In this document: positions 37,243 to 52,247 of the stretch, piece after piece | Position numbering within the stretch: the first letter of the stretch is position 1 | Layout: each line of letters starts with the position of its first letter | Source of the DNA: Eledone cirrhosa | Lineage: Eukaryota | DNA: 64,000 bases | Assembly: GCA_964016885.1 (NCBI GenBank) | Contig: OZ024746.1 | Location: forward strand, 102,362,001-102,426,000 | Reading direction: 5' to 3' | Position numbers and translations under genes: made by a program | The notes under the pieces: generated by a model | What the model saw: the letters and a program-made list of their open reading frames with translations, nothing else | The model's database searches: none | What the model was told of the DNA's origin: nothing

Positions 37243-39292
37243 TTACAATACAAAACCTCTGAGAATGATTTCTAAGATATTTCACCATAATTAATTTTCA
37301 TCAATATATATTAATATTATTATTGTTTATTAGGTCAGGTGGATTGGCCAGAACAATTCTACTCTTCTTTTTTAGATGTCACGATTTTTCATGGCATTCC
37401 TGAGATCATTAATCTCCAGCTGGAGATCCAGAGACATCTGATGTATGTAGGTGAACCTCAGTCATCCCACTAGGGTCTTACTATGTTTAGGTATCCACCA
37501 CAGGAGCCAGCTCATCAGGTCATCCTACCCTCAGCAGCAATGTCCAGCATCTATTGATTTCCGCTCCCTAGTTATTGTGGTAATCTTCGATATCTGGGAA
37601 TATATTTCTTCTGCTTAAGGGAGTAATAAATATATAGTTTTAAAAAAAACATATATATACACACACATATATATATGTTGTCATTTATAAGAGTTCTCTA
37701 TCAAAAGCCTTCTCTATGTCCAAAGCTAAGTATAGTGGCTTATTTTTCTCTAAGAACCTCTTTTGTAGTTGTCTCACTAAGAAGAGGGCATCTGTTGCAC
37801 TTTTCAGCGGCACAAAACCAAACTGCATCTCATACACATACATACATATACATACATACATACATATACACATACATACATACATCATCATCATCATCAT
37901 CATCATCATCATTTCGTTTTAAGTCCGCTTTTTCCCTGCTTGCAAGGGTGGGACGGGAACTGATTCTGGCTTGATTTCTACAGCTGGATGCCCTTCCTAA
38001 CACCAACCTCATTTACAGTGAGTGCTGAGTGCTTTTTTGCCGTGGCACCTCCAGGACCACTTTGCAGTGGAATGATATGGACCCCAGTCCCTATCATCTC
38101 ATTTCTACAGCTGAGTAAACTGGAGCAATGTGAAATAAAGTGTCTTGCTCAAGGAAACAACACATCACCCGGTCTGAGAATTGAACTCACAACCTTTCGA
38201 TTGCCAGGCCAATGCTCGAACCACTAAGCCATGTGCCTCCATATACATATACATACACATACATATACATACATATATATATACATACATACATATATAC
38301 ACATACATACATACACATACATACACATATACATACATATATATACATACATACACATACATAGATATATATATATACATAATATAAATATACACACATA
38401 CACATACATAAGCATATACACATAAGTATATATACATATACACACGTATATATACATATACATACATACATATATACACATACATACATATATACATACA
38501 TACACACATATACATACATATATACATATACACATACATACATATACATACATATACACATACATACATATATATATATACATACACACACATATATACA
38601 TACACACACATATATACAAACACATACATATACACATATATACACATACATACACATACATATACATACATATACACATATACACTCATATATACATATA
38701 CATACATACACACACATACATACATATATACATATACATACATAAAGACAAATCCACCTCATGGACGAGAATGCAAGGGCTCCTCCTCTTTGTTTCGGCC
38801 GCGGATGGCTAACCCTAACCCCATCCCCGCTCCCCACTGCTCCCAACCTCCAAACGCAATCCAAAACTTCAGAGTTGGTACCATTAATGTAGGCACCTTA
38901 TAGGGTGGCTCTAACGAGGTTGTAGAAATGCTTGAACGTAAGGAGGTCGATGTTTGTTGTATTCAAGAGACCAGGTGGAGGGGTGGGTCTGCTAGATTCA
39001 TCGTGGGTAAAGAACGATGCTATACGCTTTTCTGTGTGGCAAATGACAATGGGCTGGGTATACACATACCACCGCACCGCCCCACCGCAAAGTGGTCGTG
39101 GAGGGGCCGCGGCCAAAAAGCACCCAGCCCACACTGTAAAGCTGACGTGGAGGTGCCACGGAAAAAAAAAAGCACCCAGCACTCACTGCAAACGGGGTTG
39201 GCGTCAGGAAGGGCACCCAGCTGTAGAAACCAATCCAGAATCAGCTCCCACCCCACCCTTTCAAGCATGGAAAAGCGGACGTATGATGAAGT

Positions 39293-39359
<67 letters not shown>

Positions 39360-40100
39360 TATATATATACACATATATATATACACACATATATATCAGT
39401 GTACATATATATATACATGTATATATATATATAAATGAATATTTATTCAATTTAAAGCGCCAATTATCTATATATAACAAGATATGAATTTTTCTAGGGA
39501 TGGGGAAATTTTCAGTTTGTTTTTATATTTTCACTTCATTTTTTACTTTCTATTTAATACAGTCTTTGATCCAATATAATCCTGACAGTATTTGAACCAG
39601 TTTACCTCATATATATGTATGCACACACAACACTCAAGTTTCGCCATCTACTGCTATTTCATTCATATTTATTGTTTAATTAACTCTGGTCTAATTCATC
39701 AACTATTGTTAATTATATTATTACGTAGATTTCTTATAAAATCTAGTGCATATATACGTGTATATATACAGGGAGACACTGTAATAGATGTAAAGAGAGT
39801 GGGAGATAGAGTTATAGAAGTAAAGAGAGGGGGAGAAATAAGCGGTAGATAGAGTAATAGATGTAAAGAGAGGGTTAGAACGTTCAACTTGACAGTCAGT
39901 ACAATGTTCAGCATGGTAGCCAGTACATATGCCAACTACCCAACCGGCCAGCCAGCCGCATATGCGGTTGACTGGCCAGTTGGGCGGTTGGTATGTGGAA
40001 CGTTCAACTACGCTGTCAGTACCAAAGTTCAACATTGTAGCCAGTGCATATGCCGATCGCCGCGCCCTCTTTGCTCTATTTTAATGACCTGGAACTAAGT

Positions 40101-40213
40101 AAAAAGAGTAGGAGATAACTCGACAAGAGCGGAGAGGGTGAGATTCGAACCATGTAAAGTCGTTGGCTCCTGAAGTTCGTAAGCGGGGCTGCTACTGACT
40201 GAGCAGCGCCGGC
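40101..40213 (-). ncRNA. Candidate Pol III tRNA-like small RNA unit, unit 7
   Basis: Same as 863-975. Confidence 0.5.
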
Positions 40214-41163
40214 AGCAAGGCAAATCGCGCATAAAATAACGCTTATATCGACAAAAAAAAAAAAAAAATTTCAATGTTGCACTCTTGTTTGTTGTTCTTT
40301 TATTTTACGTAAACATTTCGCTGCTCTAGCCTCTTATTTCCTATTAGATTACACTTAATTCCATTAAACATTCATTCTTAGTCTCGTGGTAAACTATTTC
40401 ATCTATATTTATATCGCTGTTACAGCCTTTTATTTCTACATCTATCACCTATAGCCACTGTTACGCCGGTAGTATAAGTAGCTTTATAACAAGAAACGAT
40501 GATATAACTCCACAAAATGTCTTCTTGAGCAAGACACTTCACTTCATATTGCTCCAGTACACCGAGTTACACATAGACAGATACATACATACATACACAG
40601 ATAGAAATGAGAGGTAGATAGAGTAAAAGATTTAAAGAGAGGGTGAGAGTGTGACACACATTTATCTGTCTATCTCTCTCTATTTTAACACCGGTCGTTA
40701 TAATTAGTTTTATAACACCGCTATATTACCGACATGAAAGAGGTAAATAATTATTTCTTAAATGTTTAGAACATGTTTCTCTTGTCTTCTTAAATGTATA
40801 GAACATGTTTCTTATTTATATTCTTAACATAGCTAGGACCTTATCTCATTTACTGGTCTCTACTTTTAGGACTTTGCTGATCCCATGTGCCCTCCATAAA
40901 GGCACTCTAGTCCCTTCTCTGAGCCCCCGTACTAATTACTACACATACGTATATATATTTATTTTAAGAAACCTTAATGACAAATAATATAAAGTGTTTG
41001 TAAAGTGGGGAAGAGTAGTTTTACGGTGGGGTTGTTATATAGATATCGTTTTTGCAGTGGGGTCGTGACTGGCGTATAATAATGAGTCACTGTTGATGTA
41101 TATACAAATCATGTTTTGGATATAAGTGAAGTTATTTAAGAGATTTAGTTGTTTTGTATACAT

Positions 41164-43168
41164 TCATAACGGTACGCGATGGGACCCACCCACAGCCCCG
41201 GCGGACAGAATGGAGAAGGCGTTTCCCCGGAGCACGGCAAGGGAGACGCGCTGGAAAAGCCACTCCAACTCGCGGGGCTCACACCTGCGGCTGGCCAGCT
41301 CAGCGCCTATGGTGGTGAGTAAGGAGGTAGCCCTGGGGCCGAGGACACCAGAAGTCTCCACTTCCAAGGGTACGACCGCAAACCTGTCGGAGAGTGAACG
41401 ATATGTGAGGAGTTTGGCCCCCTCAGCCTGACGTGCGGCAGAACCTGGGCCAGTCGCTGACTGCACCAGGTTGCGGCTGCAGAAAGTGTCGGTGCAAGTG
41501 GCATCCCAGACGAGTGGTTTGCCACCGCGGAACGGGAAGATGGTCATGCCATCTAGCCTTTTGCCGTCCCCTCGAGCTGGGAAGGGAAGCCTGCAGCGTC
41601 CAAGCCATGCTTAATGACTTTGTTGAGGGCAGCATGGCGTGGATTGCGGCTGGCACTGTGGCGACAGGAAAGCGGGTGGAGGCCGAAAGAGTCCATGGTG
41701 GAACGGCAGCGACATTGGTGTGAGGCCGAGCCTCAGGGAAACGCCGATGCGCAAGCTATTGTTGTCTAGCTGCGTGCGAGTGGAGAAGGAGGGCAGGGCA
41801 TGGAGCCAGGCCCCACTGTGGGGTTTGGAGGCTGCACGAAAACAAACAAGGCGGTGCTGGTCGAGCTGGCGCGTGAGCCTGTCTGAGGCCAGGCTGCACT
41901 GGATGGCATCCCAAGTGTGTTGGGGGGGACTTGACGTCAACAGGGGGAGAAGGAGGAGGAACGTCTACTGGGCTAAGTCCCAGCCGGTCCCACGTCTCAC
42001 AGGCGGCCACGCGTTCTCTGAACACAGAGGGTTCTGTTGTGTTTTGAAGAACCCTGCTGAGGAGGACGTGGTACGAGGTTACCGACGAAAGATATGCCGG
42101 CAAAGCTAGTGAGATCAGGGACTGGAGGCGAAGGCCGCCATACCTGACAGGTAAAGTTGCATATCTCATCGGCTGCGTCTCTGATACAAGTTTAGGTGTA
42201 GCACAGAGTGTATAGAGGAGCTTCGGCATGGCGTAGCAGTTCCTCAGCAGAAAGAGAACTGGGTGGCCATCAATCAAGCCCAGTCGGCTCGTGAGAGTCT
42301 GGACTTGATGGAGGAGCGGATGGCCGGCGGGTGGATCGGTGAGGGCATCCTCTTTGGGGGGTCACCTGAACCTGGCGGAGAATGGACCGCACGTCCAAGA
42401 CGGAGACTGCAAAGCTTGCAGCATCGAGGCTGACATTCACCACCTCCGACTTGGCTGTGTTGACCTGGAGGTCGATTCCCGCCAGGGCAGGAACCACCGA
42501 TTGAAGGTCATGGCAGACCGCCTGTACGGGCCCACCCAAAGTAGCATCATCCAGATACCAAACGTTGAGAGGGGCCATTATACTCCAGGCGATGTGGTCA
42601 ATACCAAGGGTGAACAGGAGGGGTCCCAAAGGGTTGCCCTGTTGGATCCCAGTAGCCAAGGGTATGACCGTATCAGCAGCATGGCGCATGCTTGGGGCTC
42701 CATATGACAGGTAGGCAGAGGGGGCTCGGCTGAGGCAGGCCTCGAGCAGATGATCCCAGCGTAAAGAGTTGAAGACATTCCTCATGTCAAACTTGACAAT
42801 GAGGTGGCTGGAGGCCCTGGATGCCGGTTCCGAGTGTTACGGACTTGCAGATTACCTTGGCAGCCAGCCTCCGGAAGACATTGCCCATAGCAATGGGGCG
42901 TATGCCATCCTCTTTCTTCCTGAGAGCGGTGAGGCTGGCCGAAAAAAAGAGGCCTCGAGCATAAGAGTCCAGGGCGCCATGGATGAGCCTATTGGTGAGC
43001 GCCACAATTGCACTCAGAAGGCGGCGCCCGGCCTCAGCGGAGAGGGGAGATATCAACTCCTTGAGGAGGCCTGGTCAGAGACCATCAACATCTCCGCAGA
43101 TGCTAGCTGGGAAGGACCTGATGGCGGACATGATGTCTGCATCAGAAGCCACAAGGAGCAAGTGTGGA
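41164..43168 (-). mobile_element. CRE-clade retrotransposon relic, unit 7
   Basis: Same motifs; private variants (RNVF, IMAP, NTAK, SETQ, IAMG). Confidence 0.88.
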
Positions 43169-45233
43169 TTACAATACAAAACCTCTGAGAATGATTTCTA
43201 AGATATTTCACCATAATTAATTTTCATCAATATATATTAATATTATTATTGTTTATTAGGTCAGGTGGATTGGCCAGAACAATTCTACTCTTCTTTTTTA
43301 GATGTCACGATTTTTCATGGCATTCCTGAGATCATTAATCTCCAGCTGGAGATCCAGAGACATCTGATGTATGTAGGTGAACCTCAGTCATCCCACTTGG
43401 CTCTTACTATGTTTAGGTATCCACCACAGGAGCCAGCTCATCAGGTCATCCTACCCTCAGCAGCAAAGTCCAGCATCTATTGATTTCCGCTCCCTAGTTA
43501 TTGTGGTAATCTTCGATATCTGGGAATATATTTCTTCTGCTTAAGGGAGTAATAAATATATAGTTTTTAAAAAAACATATATATACACACACATATATAT
43601 ATGTTGTCATTTATAAGAGTTCTCTATCAAAAGCCTTCTCTATGTCCAAAGCTAAGTATAGTGGCTTATTTTTCTCTAAGAACCTCTTTTGTAGTTGTCT
43701 CACTAAGAAGAGGGCATCTGTTGCACTTTTCAGCGGCACAAAACCAAACTGCATCTCATACACATACATACATATACATACATACATACATACATATACA
43801 CATACATACATACATCATCATCATCATCATCATCATCATTTCGTTTTAAGTCCGCTTTTTCCCTGCTTGTAAGGGTGGGACAGGAACTGATTCTGGCTTG
43901 ATTTCTACAGCTGGATGCCCTTCCTAACACCAACCTCATTTACAGTGAGTGCTGAGTGCTTTTTTGCCGTGGCACCTCCACGACCACTTTGCAGTGGAAT
44001 GATATGGACCCCAGTCCCTATCATCTCATTTCTACAGCTGAGTAAACTGGAGCAATGTGAAATAAAGTGTCTTGCTCAAGGAAACAACACATCACCCGGT
44101 CTGAGAATTGAACTCACAACCTTTCGATTGCCAGGCCAATGCTCGAACCACTAAGCCATGTGCCTCCATATACATATACATATACATACACATACATATA
44201 CATATACATACATATATATATACATACATACATATATACACATACATACATACATACACATACATACACATATACATACATATATATACATACATACACA
44301 TACATAGATATATATATATACATAATATAAATATACATACATACACATACATAAGCATATACACATAAGTATATATACATATACACACGTCTATATACAT
44401 ATACATACATACATATATACACATACATACATATATACATACATACACACATATACATACATATATACATATACACATACATACATATACATACATATAC
44501 ACATACATACATATATATATATACATACACACACATATATACATACACACACATATATACAAACACATACATATACACATATATACACATACATATACAT
44601 ACATATACACATATACACTCATATATACATATACATACATACACACACATACATACATATATACATATACATACATAAAGTCAAATCCACCTCATGGACG
44701 AGAATGCAAGGGCTCCTCCTCTTTGTTTCGGCCGCGGATGGCTAACCCTAACCCCATCCCCGCTCCCCACCGCTCCCAACCTCCAAACGCAATCCAAAAC
44801 TTCAGAGTTGGTACCATTAATGTAGGCACCTTATAAGGTGGCTCTAACGAGGTTGTAGAAATGCTTGAACGTAAGGAGGTCGATGTTTGTTGTATTCAAG
44901 AGACCAGGTGGAGGGGTGGGTCTGCTAGATTCATCGTGGGTAAAGAACGATGCTATAAGCTTTTCTGTGTGGCAAATGACAATGGGCTGGGTATACACAT
45001 ACCACCCCACCGCCTCACCGCCCCACCGCAAAGTGGTCGTGGAGGCGCCGCGGCAAAAAAGCACCCAGCCCACACTGTAAAGCTGACGTGGAGGTGCCAC
45101 GGAAAAAAAAAAGCACCCAGCACTCACTGCAAACGGGGTTGGCGTCAGGAAGGGCACCCAGCTGTAGAAACCAATCCAGAATCAGCTCCCACCCCACCCT
45201 TGCAAGCATGGAAAAGCGGACGTATGATGAAGT

Positions 45234-45276
<43 letters not shown>

Positions 45277-46017
45277 TATATATATACACATATATATATA
45301 CACACATATATATCAGTGTACATATATATATACATATATATATATATATAAATGAATATTTATTCAATTTAAAGCGCCAATTATCTATATATAACAAGAT
45401 ATGAATTTTTCTAGGGATGGGGAAATTTTCAGTTTGTTTTTATATTTTCACTTCATTTTTTACTTTCTATTTAATACAGTCTTTGATCCAATATAATCCT
45501 GACAGTATTTGAACCAGTTTACCTCATATATATGTATGCACACACAACACTCAAGTTTCGCCATCTACTGCTATTTCATTCATATTTATTGTTTAATTAA
45601 CTCTGGTCTAATTCATCAACTATTGTTAATTATATTATTACGTAGATTTCTTATAAAATCTAGTGCATATATACGTGTATATATACAGGGAGACACTGTA
45701 ATAGATGTAAAGAGAGTGGGAGATAGAGTTATAGAAGTAAAGAGAGGGGGAGAAATAAGCGGTAGATAGAGTAATAGATGTAAAGAGAGGGTTAGAACGT
45801 TCAACTTGACAGTCAGTACAATGTTCAGCATGGTAGCCAGTACATATGCCAACTACCCAACCGGCCAGCCAGCCGCATATGCGGTTGACTGGCCAGTTGG
45901 GCGGTTGGTATGTGGAACGTTCAACTACGCAGTCAGTACCAAAGTTCAACATTGTAGCCAGTGCATATGCCGATCGCCGCGCCCTCTTTGCTCTATTTTA
46001 ATGACCTGGAACTAAGT

Positions 46018-46130
46018 AAAAAGAGTAGGAGATAACTCGACAAGAGCGGAGAGGGTGAGATTCGAACCATGTAAAGTCGTTGGCTCCTGAAGTTCGTAAG
46101 CGGGGCTGCTACTGACTGAGCAGCGCCGGC
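46018..46130 (-). ncRNA. Candidate Pol III tRNA-like small RNA unit, unit 8
   Basis: Same as 863-975. Confidence 0.5.
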
Positions 46131-47080
46131 AGCAAGGCAAATCGCGCATAAAATAACGCTTATATCGACAAAAAAAAAAAAAAAATTTCAATGTTGCACT
46201 CTTGTTTGTTGTTCTTTTATTTTACGTAAACATTTCGCTGCTCTAGCCTCTTATTTCCTATTAGATTACACTTAATTCCATTAAACATTCATTCTTAGTC
46301 TCGTGGTAAACTATTTCATCTATATTTATATCGCTGTTACAGCCTTTTATTTCTACATCTATCACCTATAGCCACTGTTACGCCGGTAGTATAAGTAGCT
46401 TTATAACAAGAAACGATGATATAACTCCACAAAATGTCTTCTTGAGCAAGACACTTCACTTCATATTGCTCCAGTACACCGAGTTACACATAGACAGATA
46501 CATACATACATACACAGATAGAAATGAGAGGTAGATAGAGTAAAAGATTTAAAGAGAGGGTGAGAGTGTGACACACATTTATCTGTCTACCTCTCTCTAT
46601 TTTAACACCGGTCGTTATAATTAGTTTTATAACACCGCTATATTACCGACATGAAAGAGGTAAATAATTATTTCTTAAATGTTTAGAACATGTTTCTCTT
46701 GTCTTCTTAAATGTATAGAACATGTTTCTTATTTATATTCTTAACATAGCTAGGACCTTATCTCATTTACTGGTCTCTACTTTTAGGACTTTGCTGATCC
46801 CATGTGCCCTCCATAAAGGCACTCTAGTCCCTTCTCTGAGCCCCCGTACTAATTACTACACATACGTATATATATTTATTTTAAGAAACCTTAATGACAA
46901 ATAATATAAAGTGTTTGTAAAGTGGGGAAGAGTAGTTTTACGGTGGGGTTGTTATATAGATATCGTTTTTGCAGTGGGGTCGTGACTGGCGTATAATAAT
47001 GAGTCACTGTTGATGTATATACAAATCATGTTTTGGATATAAGTGAAGTTATTTAAGAGATTTAGTTGTTTTGTATACAT

Positions 47081-48729
47081 TCATAACGGTACGCGATGGG
47101 ACCCACCCACAGCCCCGGCGGACAGAATGGAGAAGGCGTTTCCCCGGAGCACGGCAAGGGAGACGCGCTGGAAAAGCCACTCCAACTCGCGGGGCTCACA
47201 CCTGCGGCTGGCCAGCTCAGCGCCTATGGTGGTGAGTAAGGAGGTAGCCCTGGGGCCGAGGACACCAGAAGTCTCCACTTCCAGGGGTACGACCGCAAAC
47301 CTGTCGGAGAGTGAACGATATGTGAGGAGTTTGGCCCCCTCAGCCTGACGTGCGGCAGAACCTGGGCCAGTCGCTGACTGCACCAGGTTGCGGCTGCAGA
47401 AAGTGTCGGTGCAAGTGGCATCCCAGACGAGTGGTTTGCCACCGCGGAACGGGAAGATGGTCATGCCATCTAGCCTTTTGCCGTCCCCTGGAGCTGGGAA
47501 GGGAAGCCTGCAGCGTCCAAGCCATGCTTAATGACTTTGTTGAGGGCAGCATGGCGTGGATTGCGGCTGGCACTGTGGCGACAGGAAAGCGGGTGGAGGC
47601 CGAAAGAGTCCATGGTGGAACGGCAGCGACATTGGTGTGAGGCCGAGCCTCAGGGAAACGCCGATGCGCAAGCTATTGTTGTCTAGCTGCGTGCGAGTGG
47701 AGAAGGAGGGCAGGGCATGGAGCCAGGCCCCACTGTGGGGTTTGGAGGCTGCACGAAAACAAACAAGGCGGTGCTGGTCGAGCTGGCACGTGAGCCTGTC
47801 TGAGGCCAGGCTGCACTGGATGGCATCCCAAGTGTGTTGGGGGGGACTTGACGTCAACAGGGGGAGAAGGAGGAGGAACGTCTACTGGGCTAAGTCCCAG
47901 CCGGTGCCACGTCTCACAGGCGGCCACGCGTTCTCTGAACACAGAGGGTTCTGTTGTGTTTTGAAGAACCCTGCTGAAGAGGACGTGGTACGAGGTTACC
48001 GACGAAAGATATGCCGGCAAAGCTAGTGAGATCGGGGACTGGAGGCGAAGGCCGCCATACCTGACAGGTAAAGTTGCATATCTCATCGGCTGCTGCTCGG
48101 ATACAAGTTTAGGTGTAGCACAGAGTGTATAGAGGAGCTTCGGCATGGCGTAGCAGTTCCTCAGCAGAAAGAGAACTGGGTGGCCATCAATCAAGCCCAG
48201 TCGGCTCGTGAGAGTCTGGACTTGATGGAGGAGCGGATGGCCGGCGGGTGGATCGGTGAGGGGGTCACCTGAACCTGGCGGAGAATGGACCGCACGTCCA
48301 AGACGGAGACTGCAAAGCTTGCAGTATCGAGGCTGACATTCACCACCTCCGACTTGGCTGAGTTGACCTGGAGGTCGATTCCCGCCAGGGCAGGAACCAC
48401 CGATTGAAGGTCATGGCAGACCGCCTGTACGGGCCCACCCAAAGTAGCATCATCCAGATACCAAACGTTGAGAGGGGCCGTTATACTCCAGGCGATGTGG
48501 TCAATACCAAGGGTGAACAGGAGGGGTCCCAAAGGGTTGCCCTGTTGGATCCCAGTAGCCAAGGGTATGACCGTATCAGCAGCATGGCGCATGCTTGGGG
48601 CTCCATATGACAGGTAGGCAGAGGGGGCTCGGCTGAGGCAGGCCTCGAGCAGATGATCCCAGCGTAAAGAGTTGAAGGCATTCCTCATGTCAAACTTGAC
48701 AATGAGGTGGCTGGAGTCCCTGGATGCCG
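47081..48729 (-). mobile_element. CRE-clade retrotransposon relic, unit 8, cut at the inversion junction
   Basis: Same motifs up to GGATGCCG (48729); 14-bp deletion shared with unit 9. Confidence 0.88.
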
Positions 48730-50496
48730 CCTTCTGAGTGCAATTGTGGCGCTCACCAATAGGCTCATCCATGGCGCCCTGGACTCTTATGCTCGAGGCC
48801 TCTTTTTTTCGGCCAGCCTCACCGCTCTCAGGAAGAAAGAGGATGGCATACGCCCCATTGCTATGGGCAATGTCTTCCGGAGGCTGGCTGCCAAGGTAAT
48901 CTGCAAGTCCGTAACACTCGGAACCGGCATCCAGGGCCTCCAGCCACCTCATTGTCAAGTTTGACATGAGGAATGTCTTCAACTCTTTACGCTGGGATCA
49001 TCTGCTCGAGGCCTGCCTCAGCCGAGCCCCCTCTGCCTACCTGTCATATGGAGCCCCAAGCATGCGCCATGCTGCTGATACGGTCATACCCTTGGCTACT
49101 GGGATCCAACAGGGCAACCCTTTGGGACCCCTCCTGTTCACCCTTGGTATTGACCACATCGCCTGGAGTATAATGGCCCCTCTCAACGTTTGGTATCTGG
49201 ATGATGCTACTTTGGGTGGGCCCGTACAGGCGGTCTGCCATGACCTTCAATCGGTGGTTCCTGCCCTGGCGGGAATCGACCTCCAGGTCAACACAGCCAA
49301 GTCGGAGGTGGTGAATGTCAGCCTCGATGCTGCAAGCTTTGCAGTCTCCGTCTTGGACGTGCGGTCCATTCTCCGCCAGGTTCAGGTGACCCCCCAAAGA
49401 AGATGCCCTCACCGATCCACCCGCCGGCCATCCGCTCCTCCATCAAGTCCAGACTCTCACGAGCCGACTGGGCTTGATTGATGGCCACCCAGTTCTCTTT
49501 CTGCTGAGGAACTGCTACGCCATGCCGAAGCTCCTCTATACACTCTGTGCTACACCTAAACTTGTATCAGAGACGCAGCCGATGAGATATGCAACTTTAC
49601 CTGTCAGGTATGGCGGCCTTCGCCTCCAGTCCCTGATCTCACTAGCTTTGCCGGCATATCTTTCGTCGGTAACCTCGTACCACGTCCTCCTCAGCAGGGT
49701 TCTTCAAAACACAACAGAACCCTCTGTGTTCAGAGAACGCGTGGCCGCCTGTGAGACGTGGGACCGGCTGGGACTTAGCCCAGTAGACGTTCCTCCTCCT
49801 TCTCCCCCTGTTGACGTCAAGTCCCCCCCAACACACTTGGGATGCCATCCAGTGCAGCCTGGCCTCAGACAGGCTCACGCGCCAGCTCGACCAGCACCGC
49901 CTTGTTTGTTTTCGTGCAGCCTCCAAACCCCACAGTGGGGCCTGGCTCCATGCCCTGCCCTCCTTCTCCACTCGCACGCAGCTAGACAACAATAGCTTGC
50001 GCATCGGCGTTTCCCTGAGGCTCGGCCTCACACCAATGTCGCTGCCGTTCCACCATGGACTCTTTCGGCCTCCACCCGCTTTCCTGTCGCCACAGTGCCA
50101 GCCGCAATCCACGCCATGCTGCCCTCAACAAAGTCATTAAGCATGGCTTGGACGCTGCAGGCTTCCCTTCCCAGCTCGAGGGGACGGCAAAAGGCTAGAT
50201 GGCATGACCATCTTCCCGTTCCGCGGTGGCAAACCACTCGTCTGGGATGCCACTTGCACCGACACTTTCTGCAGCCGCAACCTGGTGCAGTCAGCGACTG
50301 GCCCAGGTTCTGCCGCACGTCAGGCTGAGGGGGCCAAACTCCTCACATATCGTTCACTCTCCGACAGGTTTGCGGTCGTACCCCTGGAAGTGGAGACTTC
50401 TGGTGTCCTCGGCCCCAGGGCTACCTCCTTACTCACCACCATAGGCGCTGAGCTGGCCAGCCGCAGGTGTGAGCCCCGCGAGTTGGAGTGGCTTTT
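48726..50496 (+). mobile_element. Inverted partial CRE copy (unit-7 haplotype)
   Basis: Plus-strand ORFs 48707, 48966, 49474, 50204 carry RPIAMG, YLDD, WDATC and the unit-7 private variants. Confidence 0.93.
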
Positions 50497-51184
50497 TATT
50501 ATATTTTACATACATTTTTATTATATTTATTCAATTTAAAGCGCCAATTATCTATATATAACAAGATATGAATTTTTCTAGGGATGGGGAAATTTTCAGT
50601 TTGTTTTTATATTTTCACTTCATTTTTTACTTTCTATTTAATACAGTCTTTGATCCAATATAATCCTGACAGTATTTGAACCAGTTTACCTCATATATAT
50701 GTATGCACACACAACACTCAAGTTTCGCCATCTACTGCTATTTCATTCATATTTATTGTTTAATTAACTCTGGTCTAATTCATCAACTATTGCTAATTAT
50801 ATTATTACGTAGATTTCTTATAAAATCTAGTGCATATATACGTGTATATATACAGGGAGACACTGTAATAGATGTAAAGAGAGTGGGAGATAGAGTTATA
50901 GAAGTAAAGAGAGGGGGAGAAATAAGCGGTAGATAGAGTAATAGATGTAAAGAGAGGGTTAGAACGTTCAACTTGACAGTCAGTACAATGTTCAGCATGG
51001 TAGCCAGTACATATGCCAACTACCCAACCGGCCAGCCAGCCGCATATGCGGTTGACTGGCCAGTTGGGCGGTTGGTATGTGGAACGTTCAACTACGCAGT
51101 CAGTACCAAAGTTCAACATTGTAGCCAGTGCATATGCCGATCGCCGCGCCCTCTTTGCTCTATTTTAATGACCTGGAACTAAGT

Positions 51185-51297
51185 AAAAAGAGTAGGAGAT
51201 AACTCGACAAGAGCGGAGAGGGTGAGATTCGAACCATGTAAAGTCGTTGGCTCCTGAAGTTCGTAAGCGGGGCTGCTACTGACTGAGCAGCGCCGGC
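51185..51297 (-). ncRNA. Candidate Pol III tRNA-like small RNA unit, unit 9
   Basis: Same as 863-975. Confidence 0.5.
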
Positions 51298-52247
51298 AGC
51301 AAGGCAAATCGCGCATAAAATAACGCTTATATCGACAAAAAAAAAAAAAAAATTTCAATGTTGCACTCTTGTTTGTTGTTCTTTTATTTTACGTAAACAT
51401 TTCGCTGCTCTAGCCTCTTATTTCCTATTAGATTACACTTAATTCCATTAAACATTCATTCTTAGTCTCGTGGTAAACTATTTCATCTATATTTATATCG
51501 CTGTTACAGCCTTTTATTTCTACATCTATCACCTATAGCCACTGTTACGCCGGTAGTATAAGTAGCTTTATAACAAGAAACGATGATATAACTCCACAAA
51601 ATGTCTTCTTGAGCAAGACACTTCACTTCATATTGCTCCAGTACACCGAGTTACACATAGACAGATACATACATACATACACAGATAGAAATGAGAGGTA
51701 GATAGAGTAAAAGATTTAAAGAGAGGGTGAGAGTGTGACACACATTTATCTGTCTACCTCTCTCTATTTTAACACCGGTCGTTATAATTAGTTTTATAAC
51801 ACCGCTATATTACCGACATGAAAGAGGTAAATAATTATTTCTTAAATGTTTAGAACATGTTTCTCTTGTCTTCTTAAATGTATAGAACATGTTTCTTATT
51901 TATATTCTTAACATAGCTAGGACCTTATCTCATTTACTGGTCTCTACTTTTAGGACTTTGCTGATCCCATGTGCCCTCCATAAAGGCACTCTAGTCCCTT
52001 CTCTGAGCCCCCGTACTAATTACTACACATACGTATATATATTTATTTTAAGAAACCTTAATGACAAATAATATAAAGTGTTTGTAAAGTGGGGAAGAGT
52101 AGTTTTACGGTGGGGTTGTTATATAGATATCGTTTTTGCAGTGGGGTCGTGACTGGCGTATAATAATGAGTCACTGTTGATGTATATACAAATCATGTTT
52201 TGGATATAAGTGAAGTTATTTAAGAGATTTAGTTGTTTTGTATACAT

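Noticed and set aside
48191-48982. 263-aa chimeric ORF across the inversion junction
   Set aside because: Antisense CRE frame fused by chance to an RT fragment; no evidence of expression
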